Assembly: GCF_024521635.1 (NCBI RefSeq)
Contig: NW_026250408.1
Span: 1,302,001-1,366,000 of the forward strand
From: Tricharina praecox
Lineage: Eukaryota
Direction of reading: 5' to 3'
Length of the DNA stretch: 64,000 nt
The notes below the pieces were generated by a model, which was not told the origin of the DNA, did not search any database, and worked only from the letters and a program-made list of their open reading frames with translations. Made by a program: the position numbers and the translations under genes. Shown one piece after another: positions 49,026-60,433 of this stretch (within the stretch, counting starts at the first letter, position 1; the number at the start of each line of letters is the position of its first letter).

Positions 49026-50095
49026 CTTATCGAGCTACGTTTGGTGCGAGAGCGTAGGGTGTTTCTGGTGGGTCCGTGGTGATACCGTGGGCTACTGTAG
49101 TTACTATATTGCAGTGTGCAGTGCAATATTGGTAACCAAAGGTGAGGGTGCGGGAGTTGAACCAGATGGCCACGCCGTGTAGGTCCATCCAGGGAATTCG
49201 TAGTACGATTGGGTAGTGCCCCAGTTTGGTGACGAACATTGGGAGTTCTTCGTGGTGCTCTTGGATTGACAGGGTGGTGGTAACAACGTGTGTGATATCG
49301 CCTGACTCGATGGGGCGGCCGTCGATGACCTCAAGGCTGCGTGGGGATTCTAGGGGTACTAGGGGTAGATTGTGATGGCGGGTGAAGTCTTTGTCTACAA
49401 AGGCGATTCCGGTTGCCACACAATCGATCAGCGCATGCGTGGCAATGGTTTTGTCACCAAACGAAAGGTTACATAGCACAATGAGATGTTTTCCTTCCAT
49501 TTGGGTAGTGCCCCAGTTTGGTGACGAACATGGGGAGTTCTTCGTGGTGCTCTTGGATTGACAAGGTGGTGGTGGCAAAGTGTGTGATGTCGCCTGACTC
49601 AATGGGACGGCCGTAGATGACCTCAAGGGCGCGCGGGGATTCTATGGGTACGAGGGGTTGGTGGTGAAAGCGGGCGGAGTCTTTGTCTACAAAGGCAATT
49701 TCTGTTGCTCCACAATGGATCAGCGCATGTGTGGCAATGGTCTTGTCACCAAACGCAAGGTTACATAGTACAACGAGATGTTTTCCTTCCATTGATGATT
49801 TCTCCACTACCATCCCAGACACTGACAAATTGGATAAACGAAAATGAGTAGAAACGGGAGAAAAAGACTTATCCTGGGAACGACCAACAACAGTGCCATC
49901 AAGTGGTTGTTGGTCTGGGCGTTTCCCGAATGCCCTTGGTTGTCGCCACAATTCTGGTTGCAATTGTGGTACGGGTGGTCGGGGGTTGGGGTTCTGGGCT
50001 GGTCAAAGGTCAGCTGGGCTGCCGCGGCACGCAAAGGGTTGCGGTTCTTGTTGGGGCAGTGTCGGACCATGTGGCCACCGCCTCCACAGTATAGG

Positions 50096-50730
50096 TGTAA
50101 CAGCATGGTCAGGCAAGGCTCCAGGGAGCGAAGCCAGGCGGGGGATCGGGTGCTGGGTTCGGCAGAGGCAACACGGGTTCAGAAGACAAGGCAAGGCAGG
50201 GCTCAGTGCAGATGGCAACTGAGAACAGAGGCAGGGACACGGACTACGGCGCAGACGGCAGCCGAGGCAAGGACAGAAGTCACAGTGATTGAATTAACAA
50301 GTTGTTGCATGAAGAACTAAATACAGAGGGGCAACAGCCCCGTTTATATAGAAAATCCTCCACTTCTTCCCGCAACCTGACAATGACTGTGGGGGTGTGC
50401 CTGACCCTGAGAAATCCACCTCGCTAGTACCCCGCTTCTGTGACTCATACCCTGCACAGCCGCACTACCCCTGCTTCCTGCACACAGCCTCAATTCTTCC
50501 GGCTCATTCCTGCATTGCCGCCCGCGCAGCCCCTTGCACTGCCTCCGCGCTGCCTTCTGGCCCCTGTTCCGGCTCTTCCTCTTACGTTCCGCCGCGAGCT
50601 GTGACACACACAGCCTCCAATCCTCTGCGACTAATCCTTGCACTGCCGGTGCACTGCCTGTGCACTGCCTCCCCGCTCTCCCGATCCTTGTGCCGACCCT
50701 CCCTTTGTCATTCCGTCGCAAGCTATGACA
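50096..50730 (-). repeat. Compound LTR-A (complete LTR 50096-50606 plus U3 remnant 50607-50730) in the A5 gag knuckle
   Basis: Flanks ATAGG/ACGGG each differ by one base from the host ACAGG. Confidence 0.8.
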
Positions 50731-53629
50731 ACGGGCAATCGCCTTCACAAAGCCGGGCGGCACGCTCTTGGTTGGAGATCTTGCGGCTGTTCGAGCTGCG
50801 GTCCATGCCGCCAGAGGGTGCCGGTGTTGTGTTCGTGGAGTGGGGGACAAGGTTCTGGGGTTGTGTACGGGGCTGGTTCTGGGGTTGGCTATACGGCTGG
50901 GAGGAGTTGGTGTGTGGTTTGTTGGTGTTACGGCTACCCTCGCGAAGCTGGAGTCCCCGTAGTTCTCAGTCGAGGCTCTGGCAAAGGGCCACGAACTGAA
51001 TGTAGGTGAGTCCTTGAGTTTGACCAACGAGTTGCCAGTGAAGTTCGATGAAGACACCCTCGCGCAAGGTGTCAAGCTTTGCGTGCTCATCTCAATTCAA
51101 CTTGGATACCAGTCGCCGGAAATCTGCAAAGTAGGACGTGAAGTCCTTGTTTCCTTGTTTCAGTCAGTGGAGTTCGGCGCGTGCGGTAGCGGCGGGGTCG
51201 GGGTCGCCAAAGGCATTTTCGAGGATGGTGACCATAGCATCGGCGTCGGTTAGGCTGATGATGTTGTTTCGGATGTAGGGGATAATTGGGTGTGTCCTTC
51301 AAGGCGATTGAAGGTGTACGCCATTTTGAGTGCTGGTGACGGAAAACGGGTGCGGTCGCTGCATAGTTTGAGCTGGAGCTGAGCACCGAATCCCTCGAGT
51401 TTCTCTCGAGTGCCGTCAAACATGGCTGGCTCCGGGACGCGCTTTGCGCGCGCCTGGGGTTGGCGTTCCAGGGTGGCGAGATGGTTGGCGATACGACGGG
51501 AGTTAACAAGCTGTTCTTTGAGGCCCTCTACTCAGTAAGTTGGTGCTGCAATGGGTGACTGGGTGATTGCGTGGGCTAAGATTTGGAATTGGTTATACTT
51601 ATCCAACAGGGTCATATTGTCGGCAGGTGCGTTGTAGTTGACGATGATCTCCAGTTGTTCGTAGATGGCGACTGAAAAATCCTAAATGTAGGGGGGTGCC
51701 ACCGGTACTTCCTCCTGCTGGGGATAGCCTGGTGCTGGGGAGTTGGTGGCCATGGTTCTTCGCTAGGTGGAGAGATGGGCGACGCAACAAAGTGTAACAG
51801 CACGGTCGAGCAAGGCTTCAGGTAGCGAAGCCAAGTGGGTGATCGGGTACTAGGCTGGGCAGAGGCAAAATGGGTTCAGAAGAAAGCGCAAGGCAGCGCT
51901 CAGTGCAGACGGCAACTGAGAAACCGGGACAGAGACAAGGACTACGGCGCAGAGGGCAGCCGAGGCAAGGACAGAGGTATCAGTTGTTGTATCAACAAGT
52001 TGTTGCGTGAAGAGCTAATCACAGATGGGCGCAGGCCCGTTTCTACAGGAAATCCTCTACTCCTTCGCGCAACCTGACAACAACCATGGGTGTGTGCTAG
52101 ACCCTGAGAAACCCTCCTCGCCAATACCCCGCTCCGGTGACTCACACACTGCGCAGCCGCGCCCCTCTGTTACCGGCAGACAGCCCCAATCCCCTATGAC
52201 TTATTCCTGCATTGCCGCCTGCGCTGTCCGTTGCGCTACCCCCGCGCTGCCCCCTGCGCTACCCGCGCCCTGCCCCCGCGCTGCCTCCCAACCCTTGTTC
52301 CGACTGCTCGTCGAACGTTTCGACGTGAGCCGTGACATGCATCTCCCACCCAGCTTCGCTACCTGGCGCCTTGCTCGACCGTGCCGTTACATCATGTCTC
52401 GCTTGTTGCACAATTATGAGCCGCCACCCGAGCACCACTAGATCACTCCCAGATCTTACAAGAGGCTGATGTTACGGAAGGCAATGAAGAATACGGCGTC
52501 AATGAGGTTATAGGCAGCTCAAAGAAACTTCATCAATTGCTGTACCTTGTGAAATAGCTCAACTACCCTGAACGCCGGGGCTGGACAAACGAGCCATTGG
52601 ACAACTTCTCAGTAGGCGGTCGGGAAAAGCTATCCGAGTTTCATCGCAAGAATCCCAATACGCCGAGGGATTACCAGCTCACAGATGAGTAAGAGTCTTT
52701 TCCCATGTGGTTTTCTCGAACTCAGGCAAATAGTAGCATGAAGGGGATGAAGGTCTTCATCAACAGTTATCAGGTCAGGATGAAGGTGAGGACTTGAGTG
52801 CTTCGGGCTGAAGCCTCGTGGGAGGGGAGATGGGTTGACACCCCGATCGGTATTGAAGGCCATCACCGTCGCAAGAAATGTGATCAGATAGTCCGGGTGA
52901 TTAAAATAGTGTTGCGAGCCGAAGGGATAGTTAGAAACGATCGAGGACAAGTTAGGAAGGAGGAGAGCAAATGGATTCCAGAGTCTGGACAGTGATTGGA
53001 GATGCGGGTGATCCGGGGTAACAGCCCACAGGGCTTTGAAGATCACTGATCATAGGGCCCCGCAGTAGGAACTCCGATCGCGGGAAAAACTGTTATGACG
53101 ACAGAATCAAACATCGACCTATGGGGGCGGAGAACTTCGAGCGAAGAACTCTGCCGGCGCATAACGAAGATAATTGCTTGGGAACTCCGATCTATCTTGG
53201 GCGCATGGTGTTTACCATCTGCCTAGTCGAGAAGACTATCCGAAGAGAGCTGACGGCTGCTCAAGGCTAGGCCGCGGAAAAGTCTGATGCAAAGGAAGCA
53301 ACGGAGCCCAATCAGGCCGCACACTAGAGGAATCACGTGCAGAGGCTCGGGAAGACTATAAGTGTCCAACCGAGCGGGTAACCGAACCGAACACAATCAT
53401 CGCAAGAACAACTATTGAAGAAACACCTTTCAGATTATTCCGTTGTGAATTATCGAAATCCCTGACTTTTATTCTATACTCAATAATAACATGGACTCCG
53501 ATGACCCGAACTCGTTCCAGTCTCACACATTGGTAATTGCGCTGTATAATAGGTGCCATGATTGTCGTGTCTTTCTACTGGATTCTATGATGCACTGCCG
53601 CAGGCTGTCTCAACTGTATTGGCCTAGAC

Positions 53630-53790
53630 CCTGCATCACCCGTATCGCCGATCGCTGTCTAAACTCTGGATCCCGTTTACTCACTCCTAACTAACTTGTC
53701 TCTATACAATGACTATCTATTCTTGCATATTGATCCCTTCCGAATGAAACGCTCTTGCTGTGACTACCAGAGAGTCTATCAGGGTGTCAC
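53630..53790 (-). repeat. Diverged B/C-like LTR remnant
   Basis: CCGATCGCTGTCTAAACTCTGGATCCCGTTT...CTATCAGGGTGTCAC resembles the reverse-complement 5' end of LTR-B. Confidence 0.6.
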
Positions 53791-54585
53791 TACAACAGAG
53801 TTTTCCGATTAGGTGCTTTATGTATGGGGAGACTATATAGTCACTCAACTATTGTCACAGAAATCTTAACACCAGCATAAACCAGAACTCTGAACCTGTG
53901 ACACCCCGATAGGTATCGGAGGTCACGACGGTCGCAAGAGATGTGATTAGATAGTTCGGGTGATTAGAATAGAGTTGCGAGCCGAAAGGATAGTTAGAAG
54001 CGATCAAGGACAAGATAGGAAGGAGGGAGCAAACGGATTCCAGAGTCTAGACAGTGATCGGAGATGCGGGAGATCGGGATAACAGTCCAGAGGACTTTGA
54101 GATCTCCGATCATAGGGCCCCGCAGTAGGAACTCCGATCCAGGGAAAAACTGTTATGACGAGAGAATCGAACATCGACCGATGGGGGCAGACAACTTCGA
54201 GCGAAGAACTCTGCCGGCGCATGAGGGAGATAATTGCTCGGAAACTCCGATCTATCTTGGGCGCGTGGTGTTTACCACCTGCCTAGTCGAGACGACTATC
54301 CGAAGAGAGCTGACGGCGACTCAAGGCTAGGCCGCGGAACTCCGATGCAAAGGAAGCAACGGAGCTACGTTAGGCCGCACTCTAGAGGAATCACGTGCTG
54401 AGGATCGGGACGACTATAAGTCAAACCGAGCGGGCAACCGAACAAACTACAATGATCGCACCGAACAAACCATCGAACAAACACCCTTAAGATTATTCCG
54501 TTGTGAATTATCGAAATCCCTGACTTTTATTCTATCCTCGATTTTACTATAGACTCCGACGACACAAACCCGTCCCAGTCTCACA

Positions 54586-54599
54586 CTATAATCTTAAGG
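54586..54599 (+). promoter_or_regulatory. Self-priming primer-binding site, family B
   Basis: ATAATCTTAAGG (54588-54599) is the exact reverse complement of CCTTAAGATTAT (54485-54496) in the LTR. Confidence 0.85.
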
Positions 54600-54623
54600 T
54601 TACAGTCACCGATTTCTATCGAT

Positions 54624-56627
54624 ATGTCCTCCTCAAACCTCGACATGCTCCGCCTCGAACTTCCTCAGACCCTGAGCAATGCGCTCGTTAGCATCCCGCA
54701 GGCATCCGAAACCGTCGAAGTACGAAACCCGGCAGCCTGGCTCAGGCTGATGAACCACCAATACCAAACGGCACAAAGAGACCTGCGCCAGCTTTACCAA
54801 GCATGCGATCAGAAGTTCAACGAAGAGGACTCCCGAATGCAGGAAATCAGAAGGAACTACGAACAACTCTGCGATGGGGTCAAGTATGTGTACAACCTCT
54901 ACGCTCACAATGCCGAAATGAATACAGAATGGCTTCGAACTGAGCTGTCAACGGTAGCGAACGCGACGCACGCCCTGAGCAGCGACGTATGGGCAGTCAT
55001 TCGAGAACGTAACCAGAAAGACGAAGACAACCGCGAGTTGCAAAGCGTCGCAAACGCTCGGCTACAAGACGCCATCGTGTTCCTCGAAACGGCGCAAGTC
55101 GAACAACGCAGGGAGCAAGCGGTGTACAACCGCAACGTGGAAATTTGGGCAGGGAAACAGGAAGAGAAGGCAGAATACCTCTACAAGGAGCAACAGCGAA
55201 TCAAGGAAAAAATCGCTCGAGCAGAGAAAAAATTGAAGGCTGTAGAGGTAAGGACAGGGAAGGCGAAGGAAAAGGCCCCAGAGTGGGTAAACACTACCCC
55301 AAGAGGAGGATCGCGGGCAGAAAGGTCAGCAACAAGGGAAACTCCGGCAGGTGCAGGAATGTCCCCTCCTCCTCCACCCCCAAGACGTCCGGTGACTAAC
55401 CTTGGAGGTGATCCCTCGGATGAGGAACCATCGGATGATGACGATTCCATCCCCTTGCCGCGTCGTTCGCCGCCCCGTCACCGACACGCTCCGCTACCAA
55501 GAGAAGACGACGAAGACGAAGAGAGTCGCTTCGCTCGGATCATCGCTGCTGCCGTCTCCGCATCGAACCCGAGGGCCATCAAGCTTAAAATGAAAGAGCC
55601 CAAGCCGTTCGATGGCAAGCAAAGAACAGCCTTCCGTCCATGGTGGGACTCAGTTGAAGAATATCTTGAGTTCCACCCAGAGACAAACGAGCAGCAGAAG
55701 ATAGCGTGGGTGGGATCCCGACTGGAAGGGACAGCGGCAGAATGGCATCAGGCCCGTCGAAAAAGCCTGAGACAGCTACACTTGGAAGATACCTGGCAGG
55801 CGTATCAAGAGGCACTCAAGGAGGCGTACCGCGACACGCAGGAAGGAGCGAACGCATTAAGAAGGATGTGGGCCCTCGAATACAAAGGAGACATTCAGGC
55901 TTACATGACCTCCTTCCGATCGCTCAACATGATCGCTCGCGCCACCGGCGAACCGCTACAAGACATAGTCAACCAGGCCATGACTACCGACATCGTCGAT
56001 ATGTGCTTCAACCAGCACACCGAACCCTACGAAGACGATGAAGACTTCCTGGAAACGGTGCTCAGGGCTGGTAACCATGTGGAACGACGGGACGCGCTGA
56101 AAAAGGCAAGGGCAATGAGGAAAGGGGGATCGGGTAGCCAGGGTTCCGGCGGCGACCGGAAGGGACCTGGCAACGGCCGGCAGGGCCAAGGAAAGGGCAG
56201 AGACCCCGGTGGCCGCAAGGAAAGCGGGGAGTCCCCGGAGGGCCGAAAGGCCAAGGAAGCAACAGGAGTCAGGAAGGGAAGGACAAGGGAAGGGGACATC
56301 TACGCAGGAGCAAAGGAGGCTCTGGTAGGGGTTCCCCAGAAGGAAATCGATGCCCACAAAGCATCCAAGTGCGACTGTTGGCGTTACGGACGAGACGGCC
56401 ACCGAACTTTCCAATGCTACGCCAGAAAAACAGTCGCGGGTACCGAACTCCCCGAAAGTCCAAAGGTGTCATCCGTGACAAAGAGAAAGCGGGACACCCA
56501 GGATGCCGAACCCACTCGACCGAGGTCCAAGCAACACAAGGCTGCGGCGGTTGTGGTGGAGGATGAAGCAATGACGGAGGCCCCTCCATTCTGGGAAAGG
56601 AATGAGAGTGAGCCGGAGGATTTTTGA
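54624..56627 (+). CDS. gag: Gag polyprotein, 667 aa (second Cys of the knuckle changed to Tyr)
   Basis: Nearly identical to B1 Gag, but reads CWRYGRDGHRTFQC. Confidence 0.92.
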   Translation: MSSSNLDMLRLELPQTLSNALVSIPQASETVEVRNPAAWLRLMNHQYQTAQRDLRQLYQACDQKFNEEDSRMQEIRRNYEQLCDGVKYVYNLYAHNAEMNTEWLRTELSTVANATHALSSDVWAVIRERNQKDEDNRELQSVANARLQDAIVFLETAQVEQRREQAVYNRNVEIWAGKQEEKAEYLYKEQQRIKEKIARAEKKLKAVEVRTGKAKEKAPEWVNTTPRGGSRAERSATRETPAGAGMSPPPPPPRRPVTNLGGDPSDEEPSDDDDSIPLPRRSPPRHRHAPLPREDDEDEESRFARIIAAAVSASNPRAIKLKMKEPKPFDGKQRTAFRPWWDSVEEYLEFHPETNEQQKIAWVGSRLEGTAAEWHQARRKSLRQLHLEDTWQAYQEALKEAYRDTQEGANALRRMWALEYKGDIQAYMTSFRSLNMIARATGEPLQDIVNQAMTTDIVDMCFNQHTEPYEDDEDFLETVLRAGNHVERRDALKKARAMRKGGSGSQGSGGDRKGPGNGRQGQGKGRDPGGRKESGESPEGRKAKEATGVRKGRTREGDIYAGAKEALVGVPQKEIDAHKASKCDCWRYGRDGHRTFQCYARKTVAGTELPESPKVSSVTKRKRDTQDAEPTRPRSKQHKAAAVVVEDEAMTEAPPFWERNESEPEDF

Positions 56628-56677
56628 GCGGCCCCAGCACTCCGCAGACTGGACGGCCAAGTGTATATGTTTGCGGA
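56618..56677 (+). promoter_or_regulatory. -1 frameshift signal, family B (G GAT TTT plus predicted pseudoknot)
   Basis: Heptamer at the gag end. Stem 1 GGCC-CCAG/CTGG-GGCC, stem 2 TCCGCA/TGCGGA. Confidence 0.7.
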
Positions 56678-59600
56678 ACGAAGAGACCACGGCCTCAGGA
56701 TATCGACAGCGAATCCAGAGATAAGCGAAGACGGACGGACCGACCTATTTCTACGAGTCCAACCGCGCCGAGCGCCTCAGGGTGTGAGCCCCCAAAACCT
56801 GTCAGCGGACCACGACCAATCATAGAAATGATGCTCCTCTGGTCTGAGCACAAGCGACGACGGATCCGAGTACTCCTTGACACAGGATGTGCCATTCCGA
56901 TCATCAAACGAAGCCTTGCACGAGAACTTGGGTTGCCTCTCATTCAACGACCTAAGCCGGTGGAAATCAAGGACTTCCACGGAACCATAGTGGAAGGAGC
57001 CGGGGAATATTATACAATGCCGATGCTCCTTCAACACCGGAGGCACTACACCAACGAAACCTTCGAAGTGGCTCCCTTGGACGACTGCGTTGCCTACCTC
57101 CCGTATTGGTGGATGGCTAAGCATGAACCGACAGGGTTGTGGAACAATGAAGCACAGAAAATTCGCTTCACCAGCACCCGATGCAAGGAACAATGCACCT
57201 TGCAACAAGCAACCAGCTTTCTGATGGAACTTGACACGTCTGTCATTCACGATTCGGAGGCTCGCATTATTGGATACGTCTCAGCTGGCCCGGAATCAGA
57301 TCCACCCATGAATCTGCTTCCGGAGAAGTTCAGACGATATGCCAACATCATGAGCAAGGAAGCAGCCGATAAGCTTCCCGACCACAAGTCCTACGACCAC
57401 GCAATCGATCTCAAGGAAGGAGAGACTCCTCCATGGGGTCCTATCTATGCCCTGTCAGAGAAAGAACTTGAGGCCCTCAGGGAGTGGCTCAAGGAGATGC
57501 TCCAGACAGGCAAGATTCGAAGATCCAAATCACCAGCCGGGGCGCCAATATTATTTGTACCAAAGGCGCACGGCAGGGGTCTCCGATTGTGTGTCGACTA
57601 TCGCGGTATCAACAAGATTACCGTAGCCAATCGCTACCCACTCCCGATCATGGCAGAGTTGCAAGACCGAGTCAGGGGTGCGAAAGTCTTCACCAAGATT
57701 GATCTGAAGAATGGCTATCACCTTATCCGCATCAAGGAAGGTGACGAGTGGAAGACGGCTTTCCGCTGTCGATACGGACTATTTGAGTTTTTGGTCATGC
57801 CGTTTGGGCTGACCAACGCTCCAGCGACGTTTCAGGACATGATTAACCACATATTTCGGGATATGTTGGACCTGGGACTGGTCGCGTACATCGATGACCT
57901 CCTCATCTATGCGAAGACGCACGAGGAGCATGACAAGATAGTCATCGAGGTACTAAAGAGGTTGGAAGAAAATAAGTTGGCAATCTCACCAGAGAAGTGT
58001 GTCTGGTCGACAGGGAGAGTCGAGTTCCTAGGATACGTGATATCCCAAGATGGAATTGACATGGCTAAGGACAAGGTGGAATCTGTGCTCTCATGGGAGG
58101 CGCCGCGGTCCCTGAAGGAAGTACAAGCCTTTCTTGGGTTCGCCAATTTTTACAGGCGCTTCATCAAGGATTTCTCGAAGATCACGAGACCCTTGACCGA
58201 GAGCACAAAAGAAAAAGGGAAGGATTGGAGATGGACAGCGGAGATGGAACTGGCCTTCGAGGAGCTGAAGTCTAGGTTCACCACGGCACCGATTCTCGGG
58301 CACTTCAACCCAGAATTACCTGTCATGGTGGAATCCGACGCTTCGGACTTCGCGTTGGGCGCGGTCCTGTCTCAAAGGACAGAGGATGGGAAGTTACACC
58401 CAATTGCGTTCCACTCAAGAAAGTTTACCCCAGCCGAAATCAACTTTGAGATTCACGATAAGGAACTACTCGCGATAGTAGACTCTTTCAAACGCTGGCG
58501 GCAATACCTTGAGGGAGCAAAACACCAGATCCAGGTGTACAGCGACCACCAGAACCTTGAGTACTTCACAACCACGAAAGTACTCAATCGACGGCAGGCG
58601 AGATGGGCACAAGAACTCGCTGGCATCGACTTCAAAATCTACTACCGGCCCGGCAGCCAGAACGGCAAGCCTGACGCATTATCCAGGCGCCCGGAGTACC
58701 GCCCTGAAAAAGGGGGGGGTGAAGATCAGCCGATTACGACGATCCTGCATAAATCACACTTTGCAGGCGACGATTCGAGAGTTTCATCAATCAGCACCGG
58801 AGGCGAAAGCACCGTGTTCCTGGTTTCGTCAACTCGGCTACAATCAATCCCCGTGCCAAAGTGGAATGAAGAATTTCTGGGTTGGGTCAGGAAGGCAGGA
58901 AAGGAAGATGCTGGGTATCAGGAGGCTCTGAGCAGCATCAAGGACACGAACGGGGATGCGGCTCAGAAGGACACTGAGTCGGAGGGCCGAAAGGCCTGGG
59001 AACTGGCCGCCGAGAGTAGGGACTCCGGCAGGATGGGCCGAAAGGCCAGGATTTTGAGGATGGAAGAGGGGTGCCTGTATAGGAAAGAAAGGCTATGGGT
59101 ACCAGACGATAAGGAACTCGTCAGACACATCCTCGAGTCGGAACACGATACGAAAGTCGCGGGGCATATGGGCCAGGACAAGACTATCGAACTTATCCGA
59201 CGCAATTTCTGGTGGCCAAAGATGGACGAGCAGATTATAGACTTCGTCCGGAGTTGCGCGCAGTGTCAGAAGGACAAAGCAACAAGGCACCAGCCGTATG
59301 GACTACTCAATCCCCTCGAGTTACCATACACCCCATGGCAATCAATAGCCATGGACTTCATTACCGACCTACCGGAATCCAACGGATGCGACCAGCTATG
59401 GGTGGTCGTCGACCGCTTCACCAAGATGGCGCATTTCATCCCCCTACCTAAGGATGGAAAGATAGCCGAGGATCTCGCGAATATTTTTGCCCGCGAGATA
59501 TGGCGCTTTCACGGATTACCAGCAGACATAGTGTCGGACCGAGACTCACGGTTTACCTCGGGTACATGGAAAGAATTCATCCGGCTGCTAGGCATTAAGC

Positions 59601-60433
59601 CCCGGATGTCAACAGCGTTCCACCCACAGACGGATGGACAAACCGAACGCCTCAACCAGACGATCGAAGCATACCTCCGCTCCTTCGTCAACTACGAACA
59701 GAACGATTGGGTGAATCTCCTACCGATGGCTGAGTTTGCCTACAACAACTCGGTTACATCGGCAACCGGAATGTCGCCCTTCTATGCGAATTTCGGATAC
59801 CACCCGTCGGCGACAAACCCTGCTGCGGCAAATTCTCTCAACCCCGCCAGCAAGGTCTACGCTCACTGGATGCATACAGTCCACGAGGAAAACATCAAGA
59901 CCCTCGAACGAACGCGCGAACGAATGCGCAAGTATGCAGATCAACATCGTCAGGAGGCACCGGCTTATCAAGTAGGAGACTTGGTAATGCTCAATGGGCG
60001 GAACATTCAAACCCGCCGACCCTCGCGGAAGTTGGACCACAAGAACCATGGTCCCTTCCAAATCGAGAAGATCGTATCGCCGCTCGCTGTCAAGCTCACT
60101 TTGCCAAGGAAGTGGAAGATTCATAATGTCTTTCACGTCTCGCTCGTTGAACCGTTCCGAGCCGGCACCCGAGCACCACCGGATCCCTCTCAAATCTTAC
60201 GAGAGGCCGATGATGTGGAAGGCAACGAAGAATACGACGTCGATGAGGTTATGGGCAGCTCGAAGAAAGGTCGACGAGTGCTCTACCTCGTCAAATGGCT
60301 CAACTACCCCGAACGACGGGACTGGACTAACGAGCCATTCGACAACTTCTCAGTAGGCGGTCGGGAAAAGCTACGCGAGTTTCATCGCAAAAATCCCGGT
60401 GCGCCGAGGGACTACCGGCTCACAGATGAGTAA
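56624..60433 (+). CDS. pol: Pol polyprotein (PR-RT-RH-INT-chromodomain), 1269 aa; likely expressed by -1 frameshift
   Basis: Same catalytic motifs as B1 Pol. The ORF is uninterrupted. Confidence 0.95.
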   Translation: MSGPSTPQTGRPSVYVCGTKRPRPQDIDSESRDKRRRTDRPISTSPTAPSASGCEPPKPVSGPRPIIEMMLLWSEHKRRRIRVLLDTGCAIPIIKRSLARELGLPLIQRPKPVEIKDFHGTIVEGAGEYYTMPMLLQHRRHYTNETFEVAPLDDCVAYLPYWWMAKHEPTGLWNNEAQKIRFTSTRCKEQCTLQQATSFLMELDTSVIHDSEARIIGYVSAGPESDPPMNLLPEKFRRYANIMSKEAADKLPDHKSYDHAIDLKEGETPPWGPIYALSEKELEALREWLKEMLQTGKIRRSKSPAGAPILFVPKAHGRGLRLCVDYRGINKITVANRYPLPIMAELQDRVRGAKVFTKIDLKNGYHLIRIKEGDEWKTAFRCRYGLFEFLVMPFGLTNAPATFQDMINHIFRDMLDLGLVAYIDDLLIYAKTHEEHDKIVIEVLKRLEENKLAISPEKCVWSTGRVEFLGYVISQDGIDMAKDKVESVLSWEAPRSLKEVQAFLGFANFYRRFIKDFSKITRPLTESTKEKGKDWRWTAEMELAFEELKSRFTTAPILGHFNPELPVMVESDASDFALGAVLSQRTEDGKLHPIAFHSRKFTPAEINFEIHDKELLAIVDSFKRWRQYLEGAKHQIQVYSDHQNLEYFTTTKVLNRRQARWAQELAGIDFKIYYRPGSQNGKPDALSRRPEYRPEKGGGEDQPITTILHKSHFAGDDSRVSSISTGGESTVFLVSSTRLQSIPVPKWNEEFLGWVRKAGKEDAGYQEALSSIKDTNGDAAQKDTESEGRKAWELAAESRDSGRMGRKARILRMEEGCLYRKERLWVPDDKELVRHILESEHDTKVAGHMGQDKTIELIRRNFWWPKMDEQIIDFVRSCAQCQKDKATRHQPYGLLNPLELPYTPWQSIAMDFITDLPESNGCDQLWVVVDRFTKMAHFIPLPKDGKIAEDLANIFAREIWRFHGLPADIVSDRDSRFTSGTWKEFIRLLGIKPRMSTAFHPQTDGQTERLNQTIEAYLRSFVNYEQNDWVNLLPMAEFAYNNSVTSATGMSPFYANFGYHPSATNPAAANSLNPASKVYAHWMHTVHEENIKTLERTRERMRKYADQHRQEAPAYQVGDLVMLNGRNIQTRRPSRKLDHKNHGPFQIEKIVSPLAVKLTLPRKWKIHNVFHVSLVEPFRAGTRAPPDPSQILREADDVEGNEEYDVDEVMGSSKKGRRVLYLVKWLNYPERRDWTNEPFDNFSVGGREKLREFHRKNPGAPRDYRLTDE

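Larger units (their letters stand above)
45108..52337 (-). mobile_element. A5: defective full-length family-A element
   Basis: LTRs 51793-52337 and 45108-45653, TSD TGAAT/TGCAT. Degenerate gag, PR, RT, INT and chromodomain. Confidence 0.9.
44608..52391 (+). mobile_element. Solo LTR-A (44608-45107 plus 52338-52391), split by A5
   Basis: Perfect TSD TCATG (44603-44607 / 52392-52396) in the B3 integrase. Confidence 0.9.
41151..53527 (+). mobile_element. B3: 5'-truncated defective family-B element hosting the LTR-A/A5 nest
   Basis: Gag end and pol at 41151-44607, with a PR-to-RT deletion near 42175. Chromodomain 52397-52692, PPT ~52820-52833, 3' LTR 52834-53527. Confidence 0.88.
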
